Part shown: positions 18,729 through 28,326 of the stretch, one piece after another
Layout: each line of letters starts with the position of its first letter
How positions within the stretch are numbered: position 1 is the first letter of the stretch
From: an uncultured bacterium
GTDB lineage: Bacteria; Patescibacteriota; Gracilibacteria; UBA1369; PNNO01
Direction of reading: 5' to 3'
Assembly: GCA_963704705.1 (NCBI GenBank)
Contig: OY969931.1
Coordinates: 450,001 to 482,000, forward strand
DNA length: 32,000 nucleotides
Made by a program: the position numbers and the translations under genes
Notes under the pieces: generated by a model
Seen by the model: only the letters and a program-made list of their open reading frames with translations
Told to the model about the DNA's origin: nothing
Database searches by the model: none

Positions 18729-19967
18729 AACTCCAATGATTTCAATATCTTCGGTAATCTTTTGAAGTTTAACCGGAACTATTTGGTTAGTTTTTAAATT
18801 TGAGTGAATGCGTGTTTTTAAGTAATTTGAAGTGAAGCCGATTGCAAAACCTTTTTTATCAATTGATTCAATTAAAACTTCTTCTGTTTTGTTTAAATTC
18901 TTTTCATAAAAATCATGGCGAAGCTGTTTTTCAATTTCACTTAAATAAATGCATCGTTCTTTTTTTACGTTTTCAGGAATTTGATTTGGGAATGTAGCTG
19001 CAGCAGTGCCGGTTCGCTTAGAATAGGGGAATATATGGATTTTACTGAATCCTACTTTTTTAATAAAATTAATGGTTTCAATAAAATGCCCTTCGGTTTC
19101 ACCAGGAAAGCCAACAATAATATCGGTTGTTATGCTTATATTTGGCGCAGCTTTGCGCAAACTTTTAATCATTTCAAAATACATATTAGTATCGTATCTT
19201 CTTCTCATTAGTTTTAGAGTTTCATCGCAACCTGATTGAAGCGAAATATGTAAATGTTGGCAAAAGCGTTTATCTTTGAGTAATTCAAGGAATTTGTAAT
19301 TGAAATTTTGAGGTTCGATCGAACTTAATCTTAATCTTTCAATTTTTGTATCACGCAGTATAAGTTCAATCAAATCAGCCAGATCAAGATTGTTATTTTT
19401 ATAAGCACCTATATTAATTCCTGTTAAAACAGCTTCTTTGTATCCTTTATCAACTTTGTCATTAATTTCTTCAATTATCTCATAGAATGGCGTGCTTTTT
19501 TCACGTCCGCGGGCAAAAGGAACAATACAATATGCGCAAAAATTATTGCATCCGTCCTGAATTTTAATCAGCGCACGTGTGCGATTTTTTTGTAAATGTG
19601 AATGATCTTCTTTTGATTTAACTGTTTTTGATATTTCCTCGATTAATTTGATGAGTTCATCGGTTTCTTTAACTGCGTAATCAACAATCGGAAGATCGGA
19701 ATATCCCTTTGTATCAACATTAACACCGCATCCAAAAATAATAATTTTAGCGTCCGGATAAAGCTTTTTTAAAGGCAGGATTGCCTGCCGTGACTTGCGA
19801 TCAGCTGCATGTGTAACAGTGCAGGTATTTATAATTACAATATCCGCGTGTTTTAAAGTTGCTACCGCAGCATCAACAACCAAATGCTTATCTTCAAAAT
19901 AACTTTGAATTTTATCAGATTCATACCTGTTAGCCTTGCATCCGAGAGTTTTGATGACAATATTCAT
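18723..19967 (-). CDS. mtaB: tRNA (N6-L-threonylcarbamoyladenosine(37)-C2)-methylthiotransferase, MtaB-like radical SAM
   Basis: 414 aa; TLGCKANRYESD, INTCTVTHAADRKSRQ, radical SAM IQDGCNNFCAYCIVPFARGREKS, LRLSSIEP, HISLQSG. Confidence 0.92.
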   Translation of the reverse strand: MNIVIKTLGCKANRYESDKIQSYFEDKHLVVDAAVATLKHADIVIINTCTVTHAADRKSRQAILPLKKLYPDAKIIIFGCGVNVDTKGYSDLPIVDYAVKETDELIKLIEEISKTVKSKEDHSHLQKNRTRALIKIQDGCNNFCAYCIVPFARGREKSTPFYEIIEEINDKVDKGYKEAVLTGINIGAYKNNNLDLADLIELILRDTKIERLRLSSIEPQNFNYKFLELLKDKRFCQHLHISLQSGCDETLKLMRRRYDTNMYFEMIKSLRKAAPNISITTDIIVGFPGETEGHFIETINFIKKVGFSKIHIFPYSKRTGTAAATFPNQIPENVKKERCIYLSEIEKQLRHDFYEKNLNKTEEVLIESIDKKGFAIGFTSNYLKTRIHSNLKTNQIVPVKLQKITEDIEIIGVL

Positions 19968-20014
19968 CTAATTAGTTATAATTGTTCTTGGTTTTATAAC
20001 TTAACTAAAAAAAC

Positions 20015-20353
20015 ATGCGAAAACAAGTATTATTCATTGCAATATTTGCAATTCTTTTAAGTGGCTGCAATGCTCAGCAAGCAGCTGATGATTCTAATAC
20101 GATGGAAAATGAAAATGTGACACCAGTAGTTGAAGATACTTTGAATGTTTCTGATACAAATACGAATGAAGCAGTAGATCAAGATTTAATTAATAGAAGA
20201 AAAGAAGAAGATGACTTAAACAACAAAACACAAAAAGATCTTGATGAATTTTATAATAATCTGGAAGGTCCGTTAAAAATGGAGGATTGTGAAAAATTAA
20301 CTAATCCTGCATTAAAAGATGGATGTATTGAATCAGTTAATCTATCAAACTAA
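20015..20353 (+). CDS. Small predicted lipoprotein
   Basis: 112 aa; lipobox signal MRKQVLFIAIFAILLSGCNAQQ followed by acidic low-complexity sequence. Confidence 0.7.
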   Translation: MRKQVLFIAIFAILLSGCNAQQAADDSNTMENENVTPVVEDTLNVSDTNTNEAVDQDLINRRKEEDDLNNKTQKDLDEFYNNLEGPLKMEDCEKLTNPALKDGCIESVNLSN

Positions 20354-20365
20354 TAAAATCATATT

Positions 20366-21142
20366 TTATTGAACAGTTGTTGTTCTATTTGAACTTCCTT
20401 GAGGATCAAAACATATTGAGTATGAAGTCAATGTTGCTACACCATTGCTATAAGCATAACAATAGTCTATTCCATCTACGCCATAATATGGAACGGCACC
20501 CCTAAATCCGCCAGTGTTATAACCTGAACAACCTACTAGTCTATCTCCAGCAAAACAATGCGAAATTGCCGTATTTGTTGGGGCATTAACTTGCTTATAT
20601 GCTCGATAATAGCTTCCTACCTGGTCATCAGTAGTTATTCTCCCTTTTACATTAATACTTGTTGCATTACCTGTGCCTCCGAAATTAATAATCCCATTTG
20701 CAAGTTCAGATAATAAGTGGCCAGCTAAATAAAAATTACCTTCTCCTCTAATTTCACCATTAGTAGAGAAAGAGCCACTATGAAGATTTGCATTTATATT
20801 TAATGGCGTTGGTGTACATGGAGGCATCATTGGATTATTGTTAGGCACACAATAAGTATTAATAGTCGGAGTTGATCCTGACAAAGTTAAATCTCCTGCC
20901 ACACTTGCATTGCTTTGTAATGTTGCATCTCCAACTATATTAACAACATCAAAAGTTGAAGTTCCAGTTGCATTTAAATTATCTATTACTCTTAATCCAC
21001 TAAAAGTCGGCACAAGGCCATCATTGTCAGGTGGGTTTGCAGTAGGGCCTACCGCACCCGTATACATTGGTGCAACCAAAGTTACCAAAACCGCAATCAT
21101 TATTGCGCCGGTTAAAACAGAAAGATGAAATTTGTAATTCAT
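20366..21142 (-). CDS. Hypothetical exported surface protein
   Basis: 258 aa; N-terminal signal/TM (LSVLTGAIMIAVLVTLVAPMYTGAV), Gly/Asn/Thr-rich beta-type sequence, C-terminal Cys residues. Confidence 0.65.
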   Translation of the reverse strand: MNYKFHLSVLTGAIMIAVLVTLVAPMYTGAVGPTANPPDNDGLVPTFSGLRVIDNLNATGTSTFDVVNIVGDATLQSNASVAGDLTLSGSTPTINTYCVPNNNPMMPPCTPTPLNINANLHSGSFSTNGEIRGEGNFYLAGHLLSELANGIINFGGTGNATSINVKGRITTDDQVGSYYRAYKQVNAPTNTAISHCFAGDRLVGCSGYNTGGFRGAVPYYGVDGIDYCYAYSNGVATLTSYSICFDPQGSSNRTTTVQ

Positions 21143-21181
21143 TTGAGAATAATTAAGGTTACCTTAACTATTCTCTAACAT

Positions 21182-22195
21182 TTAGCTTAAAATATCAACA
21201 AAAATTCGCATAACCTTTGATGCGATCGCTTCGTCCTGATCTTTTACTATTAATTTAACAAGGTATTCTCCTGGCTTTTTATAAAGAAAAGTTGCAATTG
21301 GTGAATTAAACCAGCCAGTATCTATTTGGATATCGTTTTTACCATTATAGTCAAAATCCCATCTGTATTTTAATGGGCTTTTATCTTTATCAAAAGAATC
21401 TCCGGCATCAACCATTATCTGGCCGTCTTTATTTTTAGTTACATCAAATTCAGCTTCAGGCGGTGTGTTTTCTTTTATATAAATTGTGTATCTAAAATAA
21501 TCACTTAAACCCTCGGGATCACGAACTTCCAAAATAACATTTTTTAAGCCAGGTGTATCAAAATAGTGAGTTCTTGTTTTAATTTTTGAAAATTTAGTAT
21601 CCCAATTTCCATCTCCATTAAAATCATAACGATATTCCAATAAATTATTGCTATATTGATCATCTTTAGAAGCGCTTGAATTAAAAGTAAATTCCGTCCC
21701 AGGTGTTCCAATGCTGGGTTTTACTGTGAAATAAGCTTCAGGCTTTGTATTTTCAACAACAAGAACCTGCTTGTAAGCTGAAGATACGTTCCCGCCTAAA
21801 TCCAGGACATCCATTCTAACTGTTTTTATACCCGGAGTATTGTATTTGTGTGTACTTTGCTTGGTTTTTGAGTAATAAGTATCAAGTTTGCCGTCATTTT
21901 CAAAATCAAAACGAACTTCAAGCAAATAACCCGGAGTTTCATCATCAATTGAGCTATTTCCGTCAAAAGTGAAAACAGTTGAAGTAGTGCCTGAATACAT
22001 ATCTATATTTCCCGAATCATTACGTATTTTAAGCTTTGCTGTTGGCGGAATATCTTCTTCCCCCTTATTGCTTTTATCAAACGTGAAATTCTCTGGATTT
22101 TCACCCAAAGGCATCATGCTTTGCGCACTGGCTGTGCTTGCCATTATCCCAAAGATAAGCAGCAAAAACCCGATTTTATACAAATATTTTTTCAT
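21182..22195 (-). CDS. Secreted protein with about three PKD-like domains
   Basis: 337 aa with signal peptide; repeated PKD hallmarks: YLLEVRFDFENDGKLDT, LEYRYDFNGDGNWDT.., THYFDTPGLKNVILEVRD, LKYRWDFDYNGKNDIQ, YKKPGEYLVKLIVKD. Confidence 0.88.
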   Translation of the reverse strand: MKKYLYKIGFLLLIFGIMASTASAQSMMPLGENPENFTFDKSNKGEEDIPPTAKLKIRNDSGNIDMYSGTTSTVFTFDGNSSIDDETPGYLLEVRFDFENDGKLDTYYSKTKQSTHKYNTPGIKTVRMDVLDLGGNVSSAYKQVLVVENTKPEAYFTVKPSIGTPGTEFTFNSSASKDDQYSNNLLEYRYDFNGDGNWDTKFSKIKTRTHYFDTPGLKNVILEVRDPEGLSDYFRYTIYIKENTPPEAEFDVTKNKDGQIMVDAGDSFDKDKSPLKYRWDFDYNGKNDIQIDTGWFNSPIATFLYKKPGEYLVKLIVKDQDEAIASKVMRIFVDILS

Positions 22196-22285
22196 AAAAA
22201 TTTTACAAAGGAGTTAATTATGCTAAAAATAGGTCGATCTGTCAAGGTTATTGTGTTATAATTAGAATAGAAATAAAAATTAAAA

Positions 22286-22852
22286 ATGAAAGAAAGATTT
22301 AAAAAACCTATTAAAGAAGAAGATTTAAAATCAAAGCAAATCGATTTTGTTGATCTTCATTCAATGGAATGGAAAAATCTGGAGAATTTTGAAAAACATT
22401 TGGAAAAAATGCAGAAAAAATATGAAGGTATGTTAAAAAGATCAAATGTTTTTATTGTACCTCCTGAAATTGTAGATCTTGTTAAAACTCTTAAAAATCA
22501 ACTTAAAGAAAATGAAGATAATTTAAAAAGAATAAAATGGTATCATCGCGATAAAACAAAAGCCAGAAATTATTTTCGCGCCCGAATTAAAAAATTAAAA
22601 TATGGGTTAAATTATATAAATTATGCAGTGGCAAAAAGAAAAAAAATTTTTTATAAACGCATAAAAACAAATCCGAATTATTATAAAGAGAAATATGAAT
22701 ATGCCATATCTACTATTAAAGAACACATTAAAAAAGTGCAGAGCCTTAAAGAGAGAGTCATTAAATCATCAAGACGCGAACAGGAAATTATTATTCAAAT
22801 GTATAAAAAACTGCTTGATGATCTTCGATCTGGCCGTTTAAAACAAAATTAG
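22286..22852 (+). CDS. Hypothetical highly basic helical protein
   Basis: 188 aa, Lys/Arg-rich with coiled-coil-like spacing. No recognised family. Confidence 0.55.
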   Translation: MKERFKKPIKEEDLKSKQIDFVDLHSMEWKNLENFEKHLEKMQKKYEGMLKRSNVFIVPPEIVDLVKTLKNQLKENEDNLKRIKWYHRDKTKARNYFRARIKKLKYGLNYINYAVAKRKKIFYKRIKTNPNYYKEKYEYAISTIKEHIKKVQSLKERVIKSSRREQEIIIQMYKKLLDDLRSGRLKQN

Positions 22853-24687
22853 ATATCCTGAACTATCTCAATTTTAATATTGTCAGGAACCGAAGGAATA
22901 TTAGGAGACCACGCAGGCCAGCTGCTTATTTCAACTTTATTAATAGAAGGAAGCTGCTGAATATAATTTTTGGCTTCTTCTATGCTTTTACCAATAATAT
23001 GATTTTTAATATTATCAATAAGTCTTCGTCCGTTTTCTTTGTCAGGGCTTATTTCGTATTGCTCAATACCTTTGATTGTAACTGTGATTTTTTGTCGTGA
23101 TGGATCGCCACCTTCTTCAACAGGAATAATTCTATAAGAAAGACTCTCTGAATCTATTTTAACAATTCGTTTTTCAGGGCTTTTAGAAAGCTTTAATTTA
23201 GCTCTTAGAATATTTTCAAGTTCGTTGTAGTTATATGCAATTCCTTTGGTATAAACTTCTCCTGAAACTTCAAATGATTCAATCATCTGGCCTTCGAGGC
23301 TTTCATCGACATATATTTTAGGTTCTCCGATTTCGATTGCAAGATCACCTGTTAAAAGCGTAAGTTCAATATTTCGGTCCTGATTCATTTTTAGAACAGC
23401 AATTTTAAGCTCTTCTTCAGCTGTATTTCGAAGTTCAGCATCCATTTTGCCTTTTGCAGCTTCTAAGTCATCAGCTGAAACCATTTTGTACGTGATTGTT
23501 TCTCCTCCGCTAAATGTATCATAGCTTTCTGCATATAGTTTTTGTTGATTTGCATCGGATAATCCTGGCAGGAAGAATTTTGTAGGTTCAATATTACCGC
23601 GTTCACCAATAATAATGCCATTCGCATCAAGTTCATCAGCAACAACAAAAGTCTGAAGTTTACCTGGTTCGCTTAGAGTTGCAGCGGGTACAGTAACGCT
23701 TTGCTGAATTCTATAAACCAAGCCATCCGCATTTTGGAATCTGGTTTGCTCAATTAAAGGCCATTCACGGTTACTTGTATTAATAATAGTGATATTACCG
23801 GTTGCGTTTTTACCCTGGAATTTATTACCGGTAGTTTGGTAAGTAATTGTTTTTTTAACTGTTGTTTCAACAGGGAAGCTGGCAATTACATTTTGCGGAT
23901 GTGTATCGAGGTAGCTTTGATTACGCGCAGCATCTGCCAAAGTAACATTAGCTGATGTAGAAATAGTATTTGATTTTGGAGTTAGCTTAACTGTTGCACC
24001 CGGAATCGCGATATACACAATCAAGATAAGAATTAATATGCTAACTGTAATTAAGATTGTAAGCGCCTGCCTGTTAGGTGAAACAAGTACGTATCTGTTT
24101 TTTTCTTTTTTCTTTTTTTGTTTTTCTCTCGCAGCAGGAGTGATTTTTTTAACATTACCTGAAGCAATTTTTTTTGATCTTCTTATTAATTCAGCTATTG
24201 ATATTTTTTTAGATGCCAGTCTTGTAGGAGCTTCATCTTCATATGTGTTGATACTTGCTTCTAAAGGTGTGATTTTCAATTGATCATCCTGTAATTTACC
24301 TGAAACAAGAGATGGATGCTCGCTACCTTCAAGTTTATCAAAAACCTGGAATCCGGCACGTTGCGCAAGCTGCATACCATTACTGTCATTTGTGATTATA
24401 TAAACATTTTTCTTTAAATCTTCGGCTTTTCTTTTGAGGATTCTTAAATTTACAATGCTTTGAAAAAGCACAGCACGTTTTGGCACAACAATATAAATAT
24501 TCCTCATTTTATATTTTTTGAGTTTATCGTAAATACCTGTTATTTCGTCATCCAATTCAGTAAAAAGCACCTTTTTCTTTGAGATTATTTTTTCTTTTAA
24601 AGCTGCTTCTTTAACAGGATCAGCATCTTCATCTTTTACAATGCTTCGTTTCTGTAGCTCCATTTTTTTTGATGGTCTTGCGTGCAT
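22849..24687 (-). CDS. Single-pass membrane protein with N-terminal cytoplasmic domain and large extracytoplasmic baseplate J-like domain
   Basis: 612 aa; basic linker then TM (RQALTILITVSILILILIVYIAI), then repeated beta-rich segments (VKLTPKSNTISTSANVTL..GNITIINTS.. VPAATLSEPG). Directly downstream of the PilM-like gene. Confidence 0.68.
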   Translation of the reverse strand: MHARPSKKMELQKRSIVKDEDADPVKEAALKEKIISKKKVLFTELDDEITGIYDKLKKYKMRNIYIVVPKRAVLFQSIVNLRILKRKAEDLKKNVYIITNDSNGMQLAQRAGFQVFDKLEGSEHPSLVSGKLQDDQLKITPLEASINTYEDEAPTRLASKKISIAELIRRSKKIASGNVKKITPAAREKQKKKKEKNRYVLVSPNRQALTILITVSILILILIVYIAIPGATVKLTPKSNTISTSANVTLADAARNQSYLDTHPQNVIASFPVETTVKKTITYQTTGNKFQGKNATGNITIINTSNREWPLIEQTRFQNADGLVYRIQQSVTVPAATLSEPGKLQTFVVADELDANGIIIGERGNIEPTKFFLPGLSDANQQKLYAESYDTFSGGETITYKMVSADDLEAAKGKMDAELRNTAEEELKIAVLKMNQDRNIELTLLTGDLAIEIGEPKIYVDESLEGQMIESFEVSGEVYTKGIAYNYNELENILRAKLKLSKSPEKRIVKIDSESLSYRIIPVEEGGDPSRQKITVTIKGIEQYEISPDKENGRRLIDNIKNHIIGKSIEEAKNYIQQLPSINKVEISSWPAWSPNIPSVPDNIKIEIVQDI

Positions 24688-25937
24688 TAAATTTGCATTA
24701 AGCGAACTATCTTTTTAAGAATTTTTGACAGTACTTTTTCTTCGCCAACATATTCTAACCCTAAATTGGCAATGGCAACAGGAGTTACATCCTGCTGATC
24801 TTTTAATTTTTTAGTTTCATCAACCATGTTTGTAATCATTTTTGGCTTAATAAAATTGATAACCGGTTTTTGAGTGAACGGTAGTTTTTTAAACCATTCA
24901 CGCGTTTCAAGAACTTCCTTGATTTCAGGTAAATGAGACCCTCCACCACAAAGCAACACTTTATGCGGAAGAACATCAACTTCTTCAAATTCAGCCAAAG
25001 TTAAGGCAACACCCGAAAGCCAGACTTCACAATCACTTTTCATGGCTTCACGCACAATTTTATGAGATTGCTTTTCTAATTTATCGCTACTGTAAGCCAG
25101 TTTAATATTTTCAGCTTCTTCAAAAGAAACATTAAGTGCCTGAGCCAAACGTTTAGTAAAAGTGCGACCACCCAAAGTAAACATTCTTGTTCCTTCTACT
25201 GCACCACTTCTTACTACCGCAATATCTGTAGTGCCGCCTCCGATATCAATAAAAATTGCTGAAAAATTATTTGAATTTTCTTCTCCGACACACCTTGCAA
25301 CAGCATAAGGCTCGGCTGTAATAGCCATTAATTCTTTGTTTAGTTCTGCCGCAATTGTCTGTAATGCACCAAAATGTACCAATGGCGCAAATGCATTAAA
25401 AATACTTACATCCACATCCTTACCCTGGAATCCGATTGGATTAGAAACTTTATATCCATCAATCTGAACATCAACAATCGCTGCGTTTACAAGCTTAACG
25501 TCAATTTCATTGTAACCGGTTTCAAAAGCCAAATCTCCGCGCACTTTATCAAATGCTTTCCATTGAATTTTATGAACGATATTTTTAAGTTCGCTGAGGT
25601 CGATTTTTGTATTTGGCTCACGACGCGTGTAGCTAAGTGTAGTTGTTGCGCCTTTAACAAGCTCACCAGCAATTCCAAGAATCATTTGATCCGTTGAAAC
25701 TCCGGCCATTCTTTCAGCCTCTTTAATTGCTTTTTGGCAGTTCATAATTACGCCACCGATATCTGTTACAGCACCGCTTTGCATATCGCCAAGCCTTTGT
25801 TTTTGTCTGCCAACACCGATTACCCGGCCTTTAGTACCTTCAGAAAGGCAAACAAGAGCCTTTACAAACTCAGTACCGATATCAACAGCGAGGTAAACAT
25901 TTTTACCACTACTAGATTTTCGCCCAAAAAGTGCCAT
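24687..25937 (-). CDS. pilM: PilM-like type IV pilus assembly ATPase (actin/FtsA fold)
   Basis: Start taken at MALFGRKSSSGKNVYLAVDIGTEFVKALV; FSAIFIDIGGGTTDIAVVRSGAVEGTRMFTLGGRTFTKRLA and KVLLCGGGSHLPEIKEVLE. Confidence 0.82.
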   Translation of the reverse strand: MALFGRKSSSGKNVYLAVDIGTEFVKALVCLSEGTKGRVIGVGRQKQRLGDMQSGAVTDIGGVIMNCQKAIKEAERMAGVSTDQMILGIAGELVKGATTTLSYTRREPNTKIDLSELKNIVHKIQWKAFDKVRGDLAFETGYNEIDVKLVNAAIVDVQIDGYKVSNPIGFQGKDVDVSIFNAFAPLVHFGALQTIAAELNKELMAITAEPYAVARCVGEENSNNFSAIFIDIGGGTTDIAVVRSGAVEGTRMFTLGGRTFTKRLAQALNVSFEEAENIKLAYSSDKLEKQSHKIVREAMKSDCEVWLSGVALTLAEFEEVDVLPHKVLLCGGGSHLPEIKEVLETREWFKKLPFTQKPVINFIKPKMITNMVDETKKLKDQQDVTPVAIANLGLEYVGEEKVLSKILKKIVRLMQI

Positions 25938-26010
25938 AGAAAAGCTAAATATAAAGCCCAAACATTCTAAAGAAATGAGGCTGTTTGGTCAATGAATAAT
26001 TTTTGACAAA

Positions 26011-27126
26011 TTATTTAAACCAATCTCCGGCTTCATCAAAACTAACCTTTTTGGTTTGTTTTTGATTATACTTTTCAAACCCGAGTTCAATGATTTTTTC
26101 AACCAGTTCAGAGTAAGGAATTCCGCTTGATTCCCACATTTTAGGATACATTGAAATTGAAGTAAAACCTGGCAAAGTATTAATTTCATTTAAATAAACT
26201 TCTTTTGTATGTTTATCAACAAAGCAATCAATACGAGATAATCCTGCTCCATCAACCAACTTAAATGCTTTAATACAAATTGTCTGAACTTCTTTTTCCA
26301 TTTGCGGTTTTATATCAGCGGGTACCTGAGTTTTTGAAACTCCGTTAACATATTTATCATTGTAATCATAGAATTCTCCTCCAACCAAAACTTCACCTAC
26401 ACGAGCCGCTTTTGGCTTATCATTTCCTAAAATCGCACATTCCAATTCACGAATTTCAAGTGCTTTTTCAACTAATATTCTGTGGTCGAATTCCAAAGCA
26501 AACTCGATTGCTTTTTTAAGTTCATCAAGTTTTTTTACTTTTGAAATTCCCACGCTCGAACCCATATTTGAAGGTTTTATAAAAACCGGAAGCTCAAGCT
26601 CTTTAAGGATTTTTTCAATAACTTCTTCCGACGAATCTTCCCATGCTGATTTATTAAATCCGATATATGGAATTACCGGTATTCCTGCTTGTTCAAATAA
26701 TGCTTTAGCTGTGAGTTTATCCATACAAACAGATGATGAAAGCACACCGCAGCCAGTATAAGGAACATTCGCCATCTCAAATAATCCCTGAATAGTGCCG
26801 TCTTCGCCGTATGGCCCATGAAGAGCAGGGAAGAAAATATCAACTTCAATTTGTTCATATGTTCCGTCTTCTTTTAAATTTAAAAGTTCTTTTGAGCCGC
26901 TTTTGCTGTTAAGTGTAACTTCCTGTAATCCGCTATAATCGTTATTTTGGAATTGTTTGATTGCATTTTCACCTGTAAGCCACTTGCCGTCTTTTGTTAT
27001 TCCTATGGGCAAAACTTCAAATTTATTACGGTCAAGAGCATCAATTATATTTTTTGCAGAAACAATAGAAACTTCATGTTCACCGCTTCGTCCGCCAAAA
27101 ACCACTGCAACGCGTGTTTTAGACAT
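26011..27126 (-). CDS. ddl: D-alanine--D-alanine ligase
   Basis: 371 aa; VAVVFGGRSGEHEVSIVSAKNI, FPALHGPYGEDGTIQG, PVFIKPSNMGSSVGISK, EVYLNEINTLPGFTSISMYPKMWE. Confidence 0.97.
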   Translation of the reverse strand: MSKTRVAVVFGGRSGEHEVSIVSAKNIIDALDRNKFEVLPIGITKDGKWLTGENAIKQFQNNDYSGLQEVTLNSKSGSKELLNLKEDGTYEQIEVDIFFPALHGPYGEDGTIQGLFEMANVPYTGCGVLSSSVCMDKLTAKALFEQAGIPVIPYIGFNKSAWEDSSEEVIEKILKELELPVFIKPSNMGSSVGISKVKKLDELKKAIEFALEFDHRILVEKALEIRELECAILGNDKPKAARVGEVLVGGEFYDYNDKYVNGVSKTQVPADIKPQMEKEVQTICIKAFKLVDGAGLSRIDCFVDKHTKEVYLNEINTLPGFTSISMYPKMWESSGIPYSELVEKIIELGFEKYNQKQTKKVSFDEAGDWFK

Positions 27127-27428
27127 ATTATTTGGATTAATATCATCTGGAATATATCATAAAAATTTTCTCTTGACGATTTTTTGAGTATTTTTGGATT
27201 GGGGCTTTATTTGCATTGAGATTTGCGGAGTTGTAATTTGATGAAATCAGGTTTGGTTTTGTTTGGATTTTTGTGTGTGACAGCGATTTTGCGTGCCTTT
27301 GGATAGAATCTGATGGCGAGTCTGGTTCGGGAGTCGACAAAATGTTGTATAATCGCTTATTTAAGCCATTTTTGGATTGTTTGGGATTGATGTTTTTGAT
27401 AAGATTATTGTACTTAACCAATAAATAT

Positions 27429-28262
27429 ATGAATGATAAAGAATTCTATTTCCTATTTCAAAAAAGAGGCAAAAATGCCAGGCTGGCAGTTAATGAATTT
27501 GTTGCGATGATCCCGGAAGCTTTTCATAGAAAAATTTATAAGAAAAAGGGATTCGGATCAATTTATGAACTTGCTGCGAAAGTAGGCGGGATAAGCAAAA
27601 ATGTTGTGGATGAAGTTTTAAGGATTGATGAAAAATTAAAAAACATGCCGAAACTCAAAAGCAAAATTGCAGTTGTTGGATTAAGCAAAGTAAAGACAGT
27701 TGCAAATACAGCAACAGCTGAAACTGATAATGAGTGGGCCGAGAAAGTTACAAAATTGACAAGAGCCGCATTAGAAACACAAGTTCGGGATATTCGAAAT
27801 TCCATCCCCGGGGAGGGATTACCTAATACAACACAAGAAGTGATTTTTGACAATGACTATGGGAATTTCACGGTTAAACTTGATCCAAAAATTATTTTAC
27901 GTCTTAGGCAGCTTAAGAACAAGATGCCCAAAGGAACCACATGGAATGAAGTTTTCGAAAATCTCCTTCCAAAAGGACCAAAACCACAAAAAAATCCAAA
28001 ACCTTCAAATCCAGAATCACGTGCAGCATCCACAAAACAAAAACGTGAGGCCTTGGCTGAAACCGGTGGGCTGTGCTCTGTTCCCGGCTGCAATAAGCCG
28101 GCCGAAGAAATCCACCATCCAAAACCATGGGCAATCTTCCACAAACACGATGAGCTCGAGCCGATTTGCAAAGCCCATCATGAGCTTGAACATCAGGGAG
28201 ACAATGTGATCGATAAAAAATTTCGGGCTTACAAAATGCAAACTGCGCTGTTTTGGGGCTAA
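27429..28262 (+). CDS. HNH endonuclease-domain protein (DUF222/13E12-like architecture)
   Basis: Start taken at MNDKEFYFLFQKRGKNARLAV; C-terminal HNH ETGGLCSVPGCNKPAEEIHHPKPWAIFHKHDELEPICKAHHELEHQG. Confidence 0.8.
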   Translation: MNDKEFYFLFQKRGKNARLAVNEFVAMIPEAFHRKIYKKKGFGSIYELAAKVGGISKNVVDEVLRIDEKLKNMPKLKSKIAVVGLSKVKTVANTATAETDNEWAEKVTKLTRAALETQVRDIRNSIPGEGLPNTTQEVIFDNDYGNFTVKLDPKIILRLRQLKNKMPKGTTWNEVFENLLPKGPKPQKNPKPSNPESRAASTKQKREALAETGGLCSVPGCNKPAEEIHHPKPWAIFHKHDELEPICKAHHELEHQGDNVIDKKFRAYKMQTALFWG

Positions 28263-28326
28263 GATCTCTTTATTTATAAGCAATTTTTTGCTATAATAAT
28301 ATGATAAATATATAACAAAAAATAAA

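Noticed and set aside
20366-22195. Prophage tail-fibre region
   Set aside because: The products carry signal peptides and no phage structural, terminase or integrase genes are nearby, so envelope proteins are the simpler reading.
25989-26189. 66-aa minus-strand ORF
   Set aside because: Almost wholly overlaps the well-supported ddl gene in another frame. No motif.
27321-27337. GGTTCGGGAGTC string resembling a tRNA T-arm
   Set aside because: Does not fit GGTTCRANNCC, and no acceptor, D or anticodon arms could be placed around it.
27143-27421. 92-aa minus-strand ORF in the ddl-HNH gap
   Set aside because: Composition is explained by translating the strand complementary to a G/T-rich tract. 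No domain, and it slightly overlaps the ddl start.
27429-28262. HNH gene as part of a restriction or phage defence island
   Set aside because: No methyltransferase, helicase, integrase or other defence-associated partner is adjacent. The architecture resembles DUF222/13E12-type HNH proteins.
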